Positions 1 to 12,377 of a DNA stretch of 64,000 nt are shown piece after piece. The stretch is from contig NC_091283.1 of assembly GCF_032444005.1 (NCBI RefSeq), positions 836,008,001-836,072,000 on the forward strand. Reading direction: 5' to 3'. This DNA is from Ranitomeya imitator (lineage: Eukaryota). Below the pieces are notes generated by a model. That model was not told the origin of the DNA. It worked only from the letters and a program-made list of their open reading frames with translations, and made no database searches. How positions within the stretch are numbered: position 1 is the stretch's first letter; the number at the start of each line of letters is the position of its first letter. The translations under genes and the position numbers were made by a program.

Positions 1-1141
1 CTGCCAACGATGCCATCATCAGCATCACTATTCTGGACATCTACATGCTGGAGCAAATTTTGAACAGCCTGTAGGTGGAGGTGGTGGTCCAAGAGAAAGA
101 GGAGGAAGCAGAGAAGGATACGGAAAGGATAACATAGTCTCAAAGTTCCAGACTGTCATCACACAGGCGGGTGCCAAGGGAGGGTGGATTACTGCAATCA
201 AGGGGGCTGGTGATACCAGGCATACTGTTAATGAAGGTGCGAGAGCCAAGGAACAAATGGACGAGGAAGAGGCGATGGGCTTACAACTGTAAGGAGATGA
301 AGAGGATAACTATCCCCTCTCTGTTGTTCATGTTTGGCGGGAGGGGATGGAGGAAACAAGCATCGTTGTTATCAAGCCAACACAGCATGGGTTGGACTTA
401 TGGTAGAGCCTGACATATGAGTGCCTTCTTGCTGCACTACCTCCAACATGATTCCCTTATAGTTATGATTCAAAATAATGCTGACTACTGGGTTGACACT
501 TTGTTACATCTACATTGTAAGACAAAATTTTGCCAAATGCTTCCCGTCCTGGAAAGTGACCGCAAATGCCGGATTGTCAAAACATGCTTTTTCACAAGCT
601 TAAGAGAGGTTTTCCCCAAAACAGCAGTGAGGCACACAGCGTGGATCGCAGCTCTAGATGTCTAACCTCAGGCACGTCAATTTGTCAACGCCAAAACATT
701 AGCAGCAGCTGCAGCAGCAATGGTATAAGAGGCAGAAGCAATTTCAGTGAGTCCTTTGACACTTTTTTTTACACCAACTCATGCACCAGCACAACAGAGT
801 CCAAGTCTGACACGTGGTGAATGAATGGAGAGGATGGTGCAGGAGTATTTAGAACTCAATATTAATACCATCTGGGAGGGTTTGGACCATTTCAAATTTT
901 GTTATTTTGGTATGCAAAAATGTATGAGTGGTCTGATCTCGCCTCTCACACCTTGGAGGTTTTATCATGCCCGGCAGTAAGTGTTCTCTCAGAACATGTC
1001 TTCAGCGCTGCTGGTGGTGTTCTGATGGATATGCACAGCCAGCTGTCTCCTGAAAATGTTAACCACCTTAATTTCATCAAGATGAACAAGTCATGGATCT
1101 CCAAGGACTTATGCACCTCAATCGCAGACTGTGCAGACTAG
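1..1141 (+). pseudogene. hAT-superfamily transposase relic, C-terminal part including dimerization domain
   Basis: ORF 899-1141 reads WYAK..EWSDLA...LSCPAVSVLSEHVFSAAGG....LSPENVNHLNFIKMN, a typical hAT dimerization motif. Upstream frames are broken; the region is homologous to 34200-35240. Confidence 0.85.
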
Positions 1142-1259
1142 GCGCTGTTGAAGTTTTAAGTGTGCTGCATTGATTTTGCATGATTGCTGTCTCTGATATC
1201 TTTGTTGTGGCTTCAGCGCCTTCTGTTTCTGCAGCAAATGTTGACACAAGTTTGTGAAA

Positions 1260-3230
1260 ATGTGAACTGTCAGGGATGGTCTCAATCTGCTTAGTTTGCT
1301 GTAGTGGAATACGTGTCGGTCACTATTATACTATTTCTAGTCTCATGAAATTGATGCCACTTCGGTGTCAGGCCCTCATTTTTTGAAATTTGAAATTTCT
1401 TTGTTGAGTGTCCATCTACTGGGTTGGCGGTAGTGGAAGATGTGTATACTATTTCTACTGTGGGGAAATTGATGCAACTTTGGTTTTGTCTGCCACTAAT
1501 TTTTGGAAATGTCAACACTCCTGGTTGGGTGTCCATCTGCTCAGTTGACTGCAGTGGAAAAGATGTCGGTCCCTAATGTATTTTTTCTAGTCTCGTGAAA
1601 TTGATGCCAATTTGGGGGTGTCTTCCAATAATTGATTGAAATGTGAACGGTCCTGGATGGGAGTCCATTTGCTGGGTTGGCTGTCATGGAAATAATGTCT
1701 CTCCCCATTACACTATTTCTCCTGCGGTGAAATTGGTACCACTTTGGTGTTGTCTGCAGCTAATTTTTGGAAATATGAACACACCTGATTGGTTCTCTCC
1801 ATCTGCTTGGTTGTTTGTAGTGGAAGATGTGTCGGTCCTTTTTATACTACTTGTACTCTGGTGAAATTCGCGCCACTTTGGAGGTGTCTGCCACTAAATT
1901 TTTGAAAATGTGAGCATTCCTGGTTGGGTGTCTATCTGCTGGGTTGGCTGTCGTGGAAAAGATGTCGCTCCCCATTATAATATTTCTGATGTAGTGAAAT
2001 GGGAAACCACTGGGTAAATCTGACAGGGAGAAGGACTTGGGGATCCTAGTTAATGATAAACTTACCTGGAGCAGCCAGTGCCAGGCAGCAGCTGCCAAGG
2101 CAAACAGGATCATGGGGTGCATTAAAAGAGGTCTGGATACACATGATGAGAGCATTATACTGCCTCTGTACAAATCCCTAGTTAGACCGCACATGGAGTA
2201 CTGTGTCCAGTTTTGGGCACCGGTGCTCAGGAAGGATATAATGGAACTAGAGAGAGTACAAAGGAGGGCAACAAATTTAATAAAGGGGATGGGAGAACTA
2301 CAATACCCAGATAGATTAGCGAAATTAGGATTATTTAGTCTAGAAAAAAGACGACTGAGGGGCGATCTAATAACCATGTATAAGTATATAAGGGGACAAT
2401 ACAAATATCTCGCTGAGGATCTGTTTATACCAAGGAAGGTGACGGGCACAAGGGGGCATTCTTTGCGTCTGGAGGAGAGAAGGTTTTTCCACCAACATAG
2501 AAGAGGATTCTTTACTGTTAGGGCAGTGAGAATCTGGAATTGCTTGCCTGAGGAGGTGGTGATGGCGAACTCAGTCGAGGGGTTCAAGAGAGGCCTGGAT
2601 GTCTTCCTGGAGCAGAACAATATTGTATCATACAATTATTAGGTTCTGTAGAAGGACGTAGATCTGGGGATTTATTATGATGGAATATAGGCTGAACTGG
2701 ATGGACAAATGTCTTTTTTCGGCCTTACTAACTATGTTACTATGTTACTATGTTACTATGAAATTGATGCCACTTTGGAGGTTTCTGCCACTAATTTTTG
2801 TAAATGTGAACACTCCTGGTTGGTTGTCCATCTGCTGGTTTTTTTTGTAGTGGAGGAAGTGTTGATCTCTTTTATACTATTTCTACTGTGGTGAAATTGA
2901 TTCGACTTTTGTGGTGTCTGCAATAAATTGTTTAAAATGTGAACACTCCTGACTGGGTTTCTTCATCTGCTGGATTGGCTGTAGTGGAAGATGTGTCGGT
3001 CCCCATTAACTATTTCTACTCTGGTGAAATTGGTGCCACTTTCTTGGTGTTTGACACAAATTTTTGGAAATCTCTACGTTCCTGGTTGTATCTCCATCTG
3101 CTGGGTTGGCTGTAGTGGAATAGGCGACGGTCCATATTATACTATTTCTACTCTGGTGAAATTGATACCACTTTGTTGGTGTCTGCCTGTAATTTTTGGA
3201 AATGTGGGTCTCCTTCATGTGTGTTGCCTG
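1260..3230. repeat. ~133-bp tandem array (about 10 units) within hAT-derived DNA, interrupted by a CR1
   Basis: The GAAATTGATGCCAC-type motif recurs at 1465, 1597, 1729, 1863, 1996 and, after the CR1, at 2760, 2893, 3026, 3158. Confidence 0.85.
2001..2760 (+). mobile_element. 5'-truncated CR1 LINE (RT C-terminus, 3' UTR, (CTATGTTA)n tail)
   Basis: ORF 2037-2642 has LYKSLVRPHMEYCVQFWAP and LEKRRLRGDLI, typical CR1 ORF2 motifs. Octamer tail at about 2732-2760; TGAAAT is shared at both junctions. Confidence 0.93.
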
Positions 3231-4299
3231 TAGCAGTAGGCCTCCGAGACCGACAGGCCTCCACTTACTTTGAGTCAACTAGCTGTGCTACTATCCTTAC
3301 ATTTTTCTGACAATAGTAATCTACAAAACTAATATTTGTTCCACCTGAGTGTGGCATAGCATCAAAGCAGGTTGAGCTGTTACAACTTGTATCAAGGCTC
3401 CCAGCACAGCTGGCCTACACCGATCCCTCACCCACCTCGTCCTTATTTGACATTCAATTCTATTCTGTAAGTGATGGCCCATGTTATGTTCTGGTGCTTA
3501 GAACAAATAGTGGACCTGATAGTTAGAGCACCAGAAAAGACCTGATAGCACATTAATACAGGACAAGCTCTGGGAAGTGGAACCTCTGCTGACCGCAATC
3601 CCTAATCCTATCACATACACTAGAAATAGCCGTGGAGCGCTCCTATCATGACCTAGGCGCCTCGTCACAGCCTCAGAACTAGCTAGCCCTAGAGATAGGA
3701 AAAATAAGCCTATCTTGCCTCAGAGAAAATTCCCCAAAGGAAAAGGCAGCCCCCCACATATATTGACTGTGAGTAAGATGAAATCACAAACACAGAGATG
3801 AAATAGATTTAGCAAAGAGAGGCCCGACTTACTAAACAGACAGAAGATAGGAAAGGTCACTTTGCAGTCAGCACAAAACCCTAAAAAAGCCACACAGAGA
3901 GTGCAAGGAAAAATACCTTCCGCACCGACTAACGGAGCGGAGGCGCCCCTCTGCGCTTCAGAGCTTTCAGCAAGCAAGGAAATTCACATAAGCATGCTGG
4001 ACAGAAAAAATAGCAAACAAGAAAAAAGCAAAGCAAAACTTAGCTTCAGCTGGAGAAAACAGGTAACCAGGAAGATCCAGGAGCGAACTAGACCAATGCA
4101 ACAACATTGACAGCTGGCATCGGACAAGGATCCAAGTGGAGTTAAATAGAGCAGCCCACTAACGAATTAGCCTCGTCACCTGTGGAAGGAAACTCAGAAA
4201 CACCCACAGGCATCAGAGAAAGTCCATGGACAGAACCAGCCGAAGTACCATTCATGACCACAGGAGGGAGCCCGAAAACAGAATTCACAACAGTACCCC

Positions 4300-7200
4300 T
4301 GTCATGATCCCAATGGCAGGGGATCACAAAAGGACAAGCTCAAAAACAAAACAAGCTCTAGGGTGATGGAAACTGAGCTGACCGCGCTCCTGAACTTAAC
4401 CACACAACTAACAGTAGCCGGGGAACGTGCCTACGATGATCCTAGACGTCTCGCTCCAGCCGAAGGACTAACTTCCCCTATAAGAAGAAACACAGACCTC
4501 ACTTGCCTCCAGAGATACACCCCACAGAAATAGCAGCCCCCCACATGTAATAACGGTGAAATGAGAGGAAATCACAAACGTAGAGATGAAAACAGAATCA
4601 GCAAAAATGAGGCCCGCTAAAGCTAGATAGCAGAGGATACAAAAGTAAACTGCGCGGTCAGCGAAAAACCCTTCAAAAAACCATCCTGAAATTACTTGAA
4701 CTCATGTGCCAACTCATGGAACATGAGGAGTAATTTCAGCCCACTAGAGCAACCAGCAGAAAAAAATCACATAACTGCAAGCTGGACTAAGACAAAATGA
4801 AAACAAAACATAGAACCGGAAAATCAAAACTTAGCTTGTCCAGAAGATCACAGACGCAGGGAGCAGAGGTAAACAGACACGCTGATTACATTGATAGCCG
4901 GCGAGGAAATGACAAGAAAGCCAGGTTAAATAGGAAACACCCATAACCTGATGGAACAGGTGGACACCAGAGACTGCAGAGAACACAAGTCACCCAGTAC
5001 CATCAGTAACCACCAGAGGGAGCCCAAAAACAGAACTCACAACAGTACCCCCCCCCTTGAGGAGGGGTCACCGAACCCTCACGAGAACCACCAGGGCGAC
5101 CAGGATGAGCCCTATGAAAAGCACGGACCAAATCGGCAGCATGAACATCAGAGGCAATCACCCAAGAATTATCCTCCTGACCATAACCCTTCCACTTAAC
5201 CAAATACTGGAGTTTCCGTCTGGAAACACGAGAATCCAAGATCTTCTCCACAACATACTCCAATTCACCCTCCACCAGCACCGGATCAGGAGGCTCAAGA
5301 GAAGGAACGACAGGTACCTCATACTTCCGCAACAACGACCGATGGAACACATTATGAATAGCAAACGATGCTGGGAAATCCAAACGAAACGACACAGGGT
5401 TAAGAATTTCCAAGATCTTATAGGGACCGATGAACCGAGGCTTGAACTTAGGAGAAGAGACCTTCATAGGAACAAAACGAGAAGACAACCACACCAAGTC
5501 CCCAACAAGAAGTCGAGGACCCACGCGGCGACGGCGATTAGCAAACTGCTGAGCCTTCTCCTGGGACAACTTCAAATTGTCCACCACATGACTCCAAATC
5601 CGATGCAACCTATCCACCACCATGTCCACTCCAAGACAATCAGAAGGCTCAACCTGACCAGAGGAAAAACGAGGATGAAACCCCGAATTACAAAAGAAAG
5701 GAGAAACCAAGGTAGCAGAACTAGCCCGATTATTAAGGGCAAACTCGGCAAGCGGCAAAAAGGAAACCCAGTCATCCTGATCAGCAGAAACAAAACACCT
5801 TAAATAAGTTTCTAAAGTCTGATTAGTTCATTCCGTCTGGCCATTCGTCTGGGGATGAAATGCAGACGAAAAGGACAAATCAATGCCCATCTTAGCACAA
5901 AACGTACGCCAAAATCTAGACACAAACTGGGATCCCCTGTCAGAAACGATGTTCTCCGGAATGCCATGCAAACGAACCACGTTTTGAAAAAACAGAGGGA
6001 CCAACTCAGAGGAGGAAGGTAACTTAGGCAAGGGTACCAGATGAACCATCTTAGAGAAACGGTCACACACAACCCAAATGACGGACATTTTTTGAGAGAC
6101 AGGGAGATCCGAAATAAAGTCCATGAAAATGTGCGTCCAAGGCCTCTTTGGAATAGGCAAAGGAGACAACAATCCACTGGCCCGAGAACAGCAAGGCTTA
6201 GCCCGAGCGCAAACTCCACAAGACTGCACGAAAGAACGCACATCCCTCGACAAGGAAGGCCACCAAAAAGACCTGGCCACCAAGTCTCTAGTACCAAATA
6301 TTCCAGGATGACCTGCCAACACAGAAGAATGAACCTCCGAGATGACTCTACTGGTCCAATTATCCGGAACAAACAGTCTTTCCGGCGGACAACGATCAGG
6401 TTTATCCGCCTGAAACAAAATCACTCCATCCCTAAGGATACCAGTAGGCTCAGAATTTCCAGGGGAGTCAGGCAAAACTCCTAGACAAAGCATCCGCCTT
6501 CACATTCTTTGAACCTGGCAGGTATGAAACCACAAAATTGAAACGAGAGAAAAACAGTGACCAACGAGCCTGTCTAGGATTCAGACGCTTGGCAGACTCA
6601 AGGTACATCAGATTTTTGTGATAAGTCAAGACCACCACACGATGTCTAGCACCCTCAAGCCAATGACGCCACTCCTCAAATGCCCATTTCATGGCCAAAA
6701 GCTCCCGATTACCAACATCATAATTTCGTTCAGCGGGCGAAAACTTTCTAGAAAAGAACGCACATGGCTTCATCACTGAGCCATCGGGACTTCTCTGCGA
6801 CAAAACCGCCCCCGCTCCGATCTCGGAAGCATCAACCTCAACCTGAAAAGGAAGCGACGTATCTGGCTGACGCAACATAGGAGCGGAAGAAAACCGGCGC
6901 TTAAGTTCCTGAAAGGCCTCCACAGCCATAGGAGACCAATCAGTAACATCAGCACCCTTTTTAGTCAAATCCGTCAAAGGCTTAACCACACTAGAAAAAT
7001 TAGTTATGAAGCGACGATAAAAATTAGCAAAGCCCAAGAACTTCTGCAGACTCTTAAGAGATTTAGGCTGCGTCCAGTCACAAATAGCCTGAACCTTGAC
7101 GGGATCCATCTCAATAGTGGAAGGGGAAAAAATATACCCCAAAAAAGAAATCTTCTGGACTCCAAAGATACATTTAGAACCCTTTACAAACAAAGAATTG

Positions 7201-9938
7201 GCCCGCAGGACCTGAAACACCTTCCTGACCTGCTGAACATGAGTCTCCCAGTCATCAGAAAAAACCAAAACATCATCCAAATACACGATAATAAATTTAT
7301 CCAGATATTCACGGAAAATATCATGCATAAAAGACTGGAAGACAGAAGGAGCATTAGAAAGTCCAAAAGGCATCACCAAATACTCGAAATGGCCCTCAGG
7401 CGTATTAAATGCGGTTTTCCACTCATCACCCTGCCTTATCCGCACAAGATTATACGCACCCCTAAGATCAATTTTAGTGAACCATTTAGCCCCCTTAATG
7501 CGAGCAAACAAATCAGTCAACAATGGCAAAGGATACTGATATTTGACTGTAATCTTATTCAAAAGACGATAATCTATGCAAGGCCTCAAGGAACCATCTT
7601 TCTTAGCCACAAAAAAGAAACCTGCTCCCAAAGGGGATGAAGATGGACGGATATGCCCCTTTTCCAAGGACTCCTTAATATAATTCCGCATAGCAGCATG
7701 CTCTGGCACTGACAGATTGAACAAACGACCTTTAGGGAACTTACTGCCAGGAATCAAATCTATAGCACAATCGCAATCCCTGTGAGGAGGAAGCGAACTG
7801 AGCTTAGGCTCCTCAAAAAGCTCCCGATAATCAGACAAAAATACCGGAACCTCAGAAGGAGTAGATGAAGCGATAGAAATCGGAGATGCATCATCATGAA
7901 CCCCCTGACATCCCCAGCTTAACACAGACATTGTTTTCCAGTCCAGGACTGGGTTATGAGTTTGTAACCATGGCAGACCAAGCACTAAGACATCATGTAA
8001 ATTATACAGTACCAAAAAGCGAATCACCTCCTGATGAGCGGGAGTCATACGCATGGTCACTTGTGTCCAGTACTGAGGTTTATTCATAGCCAAAGGTGTA
8101 GAATCAATTCCTTTCAAAGGAATAGGAACTTCCAGAGGTTCTAGACTAAACCCACAGCGTTTGGCGAATGACCAATCCATAAGACTCAGGGCAGCGCCTG
8201 AATCCACATAGGCATCGACGGAAATGGATGATAATGAACGAATCAGCGTCACAGACAGAATGAACTTAGACTGTAAACAGACTTATCAACCTTTTTTGTG
8301 CGTTTAGAGCATGCTGATATAACATGAGCTGAATCACCACAATAAAAACACAATCCATTTTTCCGCCTATAATTTTGCCGTTCACTTCTGGACTGAATTC
8401 TATCACATTGCATTATCTCAGGTGCCTGTTCAAAAGACACCGCCAAATGGTGCACAGGTTTGCGCTCCCGTAAACGCCGATCAATCTGAATAGCCATAGT
8501 CATGGACTCATTCAGACCTGTAGGCGCCGGGAACCCCACCATAACATCTTTAATGGCTTCAGAAAGACCATCTCTGAATTTTGCAGCCAGAGCGCACTCA
8601 TTCCACTGAGTAAGCACCGACCATTTCCGAAATTTCTGACAATATATTTCTGCTTCATCTTGCCCCTGAGAGAGAGCTAATAAAGCTTTTTCAGCCTGAA
8701 TCTCAAGGTTAGGTTCCTCATAGAGCAAACCCAATGCCAGAAAAAACGCATCCACATTGAGCAACGCAGGATCCCCTGGTGCCAATGCAAATGCCCAATT
8801 CTGAGGATCCCCCCGCAGGAAAGATATAACAATCTTGACCTGCTGAGCAGGGTCTCCAGAAGAGCGAGATTTCAAGGAAAGAAACAACTTGCAATTATTC
8901 CTAAAATTCAAAAAACTAGATCTATCTCCAGAAAAAAACTCTGGGACAGGAATTCTAGGTTCAGAGATAGGCGTATGTACAACAAAATCTTGTATATTTT
9001 GAACCTTAGAAGCAAGATTATTCAGGCTAGAAGCCAAACTCTGGACGTCCATGATAAACAGCTGAAGTCAGAGCCATTCAAAGATTAAGAGAAGGAGGAA
9101 AAAAAAAAAAAAAATATCCTCAGACTACATTTCCTCCTACTTCAGCCAAAACGAAGACCAATTTATTTTTTATGGCCGGCTATACTGTCATGATCCCAAT
9201 GGCAGGGGATCACAAAAGGACAAGCTCAAAAACAAAACAAGCTCTAGGGTGATGGAAACTGAGCTGACCGCGCTCCTGAACTTAACCACACAACTAACAG
9301 TAGCCGGGGAACGTGCCTACGATGATCCTAGACGTCTCGCTCCAGCCGAAGGACTAACTTCCCCTATAAGAAGAAACACAGACCTCACTTGCCTCCAGAG
9401 ATACACCCCACAGAAATAGCAGCCCCCCACATGTAATAACGGTGAAATGAGAGGAAATCACAAACGTAGAGATGAAAACAGAATCAGCAAAAATGAGGCC
9501 CGCTAAAGCTAGATAGCAGAGGATACAAAAGTAAACTGCGCAGTCAGCGAAAAACCCTTCAAAAAACCATCCTGAAATTACTTGAACTCATGTGCCTACT
9601 CATGGAACATGAGGAGTAATTTCAGCCCACTAGAGCAACCAGCAGAAAAGAATCACATAACTGCAAGCTGGACTAAGACAAAATGAAAACAAAACATAGA
9701 ACCGGAAAATCAAAACTTAGCTTGTCCAGAAGATCACAGACGCAGGGAGCAGAGGTAAACAGACACGCTGATTACATTGATAGCCGGCGAGGAAATGACA
9801 AAAAAGCCAGGTTAAATAGGTAAATAGGAAACACCCATAACCTGATGGAACAGGTGGACACCAGAGACTGCAGAGAACACAAGTCACCCAGTACCATCAG
9901 TAACCACCAGAGGGAGCCCAAAAACAGAACTCACAACA
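4300..9938 (-). mobile_element. Ty3/Gypsy chromovirus LTR retrotransposon B, nested in the PPT of A
   Basis: LTRs at 4300-5044 (745 bp) and 9186-9938 (753 bp). TACCCC is duplicated at 4294-4299 and 9939-9944. Own PPT next to 5045. Confidence 0.96.
5003..9052 (-). pseudogene. Element B gag-pol, frameshifted (gag 8249-9052; PR-RT-RH 6468-8252; IN 5828-6493; IN-end/chromodomain 5003-5758)
   Basis: CFYCGDSAHVISAC knuckle, VDSGA protease, YLDD RT, integrase core and YVVEKILDSR..YLVKWKGY chromodomain are split over several frames. Confidence 0.9.
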
Positions 9939-12118
9939 TACCCCCCCTTGAGGAGGGGTCACCGAACCCTCACGAGAGCCCCCAGGCCGACCAGGATGAG
10001 CCAAATGAAAGGCACGAACTAGATCGGCCGCATGAACATCAGAGGCAAAAACCCAGGAATTATCCTCCTGACCATAACCCTTCCACTTGACCAAGTACTG
10101 GAGTTTCCGTCTCGAAATACGAGAATCCAAAATCTTCTCCACCACATACTCCAACTCCCCCAACACCGGAGCAGGAGGGTCAACGGATGGATCCACAGGC
10201 GCCACGTATCTCCGCAACAACGACCTATGGAACACATTATGGATGGCAAAAGAATCTGGAAGGGCCAAACGAAATGACACAGGATTGATAACCTCAGAAA
10301 TTTTATACGGACCAATGAAACAAGGCTTAAACTTAGGAGAGGAAACCTTCATAGGAACATAACGAGACGACAACCAAACTAAATCCCCAACACGAAGTCG
10401 GGGACCCACACAGCGCCGGCGGTTAGCGAAACATTGAGCCTTCTCCTGGGGCAATGTCAAATTGTCCACCACATGAGTCCAAATCTGCTGCAACCTATTC
10501 ACCACAGTATCTACACCAGGACAGTCCGAAGACTCAACCTGCCCTGAAGAGAAACGAGGATGGAAACCAGAATTGCAGAAAAACGGCGAAACCAAAGTAG
10601 CCGAGCTGGCCCGATTATTAAGGGCAAACTCAGCCAATGGCAAAAAGGACACCCAATCATCCTGATCAGCAGAAACAAAGCATCTCAGATATGTTTCCAA
10701 CGTCTGATTAGTTCGTTCGGATTGGCCATTTGTCTGAGGATGGAAAGCCGAGGAAAAAGACAAATCAATGCCCATCCTAGCACAAAAGGATCGCCAAAAC
10801 CTCGAAACAAACTGAGAACCTCTGTCCGAAACGATGTTCTCCGGAATGCCATGTAAACGAAACACATGCTGGAAAAACAATGGCACCAAATCAGAGGAGG
10901 AAGGCAATTTAGACAAGGGTACCAAATGGACCATCTTAGAAAAGCGATCACAAACCACCCAAATGACCGACATCTTTTGAGAGACGGGGAGATCCGAAAT
11001 AAAATCCATAGAAATATGCGTCCAGGGCCTCTTCGGGACCGGCAAGGGCAAAAGCAACCCACTAGCACGAGAACAGCAGGGCTTAGCCCAAGCACAAGTC
11101 CCACAGGACTGCATAAAAGAACGCACATCCCGTGACAAAGAAGGCCACCAAAAGGATCTAGCCACCAAATCTCTGGTACCAAAGATTCCAGGATGCCCAG
11201 CCAACACCGAACAATGAAGCTCAGAGATAACTCTGCTAGTCCATTTATCAGGGACAAACAGTTTCTCCGCTGGGCAACGGTCAGGTCTATCAGCCTGAAA
11301 TTTTTGCAGCACCCGCCGCAAATCAGGGGAGATGGCAGACAAAATTATCCCCTCTTTGAGAATACCTGCCGGCTCAGAAACACCCAGAGAGTCAGGCACA
11401 AAACTCCTTGACAGGGCATCAGCCTTCACATTCTTAGAGCCCGGAAGGTACGAAACCACAAAATCAAAACGGGAGAAAAATAACGCCCATCGAGCCTGTC
11501 TCGGATTCAACCGTTTGGCAGACTCAAGATAAGTCAAATTTTTGTGATCTGTCAAGACCACCACGCGATGCTTGGCTCCTTCAAGCCAATGACGCCACTC
11601 CTCGAATGCCCACTTCATGGCCAACAATTCTCGATTACCAACATCATAATTGCGCTCAGCAGGCGAAAACTTTCTAGAAAAGAAAGCACATGGCTTCATT
11701 CCTGAGCCATCAGAACTTCTTTGCGACAAAACAGCCCCTGCTCCAATCTCAGAGGCATCAACCTCAACCTGAAACGGGAGTGAAACATCTGGCTGGCACA
11801 ACACAGGGGCAGAAGAAAAACGACGCTTCAATTCCTGAAAAGCATCCACGGCCGCAGAAGACCAATTGACCACATCAGCACCCTTCTTGGTCAAATCAGT
11901 CAACGGTTTAGCAACACTAGAAAAATTAGCGATGAAGCGACGATAAAAATTAGCAAAGCTCAGGAACTTTTGCAGGCTCTTCACAGATGTCGGCTGAATC
12001 CAATCATGAATGGCCTGGACTTTAACAGGGTCCATCTCGACAGTAGAAGGGGAAAAAATGAACCCCAAAAATGAAACCTTCTGAACTCCAAAGAGACACT
12101 TTGACCCCTTCACAAACA
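9897..12118 (-). CDS. Element A pol 3' part (end of RT, RNase H, integrase, chromodomain)
   Basis: Open frame of the 767-aa ORF; its first residues come from the CR1 insert. Contains RH, HHCC/DDE integrase and chromodomain. Confidence 0.9.
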
Positions 12119-12377
12119 TAGTAACATAGTAACATAGTAACATAGTTAGTAAGGCCGAAAAAAGACATTTGTCCATCCAGTTCAGCCTATATTCCATCAT
12201 AATAAATCCCCAGATCTACATCCTTTTACAGAACCTAATAATTGTATGATACAATATTGTTCTGCTCCAGGAAGACATCCAGGCCTCTCTTGAACCCCTC
12301 GACTGAGTTCGCCATCACCACCTCCTCAGGCAAGCAATTCCAGATTCTCACTGCCCTAACAGTAAAGAATCCTCTTT
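12119..12377 (-). mobile_element. ~260-bp CR1 3' end inserted into the RT of element A
   Basis: Reverse complement of 2500-2760 with a (TAACATAG)n tail at 12119-12145. AACA occurs at both junctions; removing the insert restores [11 protein letters not shown]. Confidence 0.92.

Noticed and set aside
5057-5803. 248-aa plus-strand ORF and other antisense ORFs over Gypsy pol regions
   Set aside because: Shadow frames of the coding strand, with no motifs.
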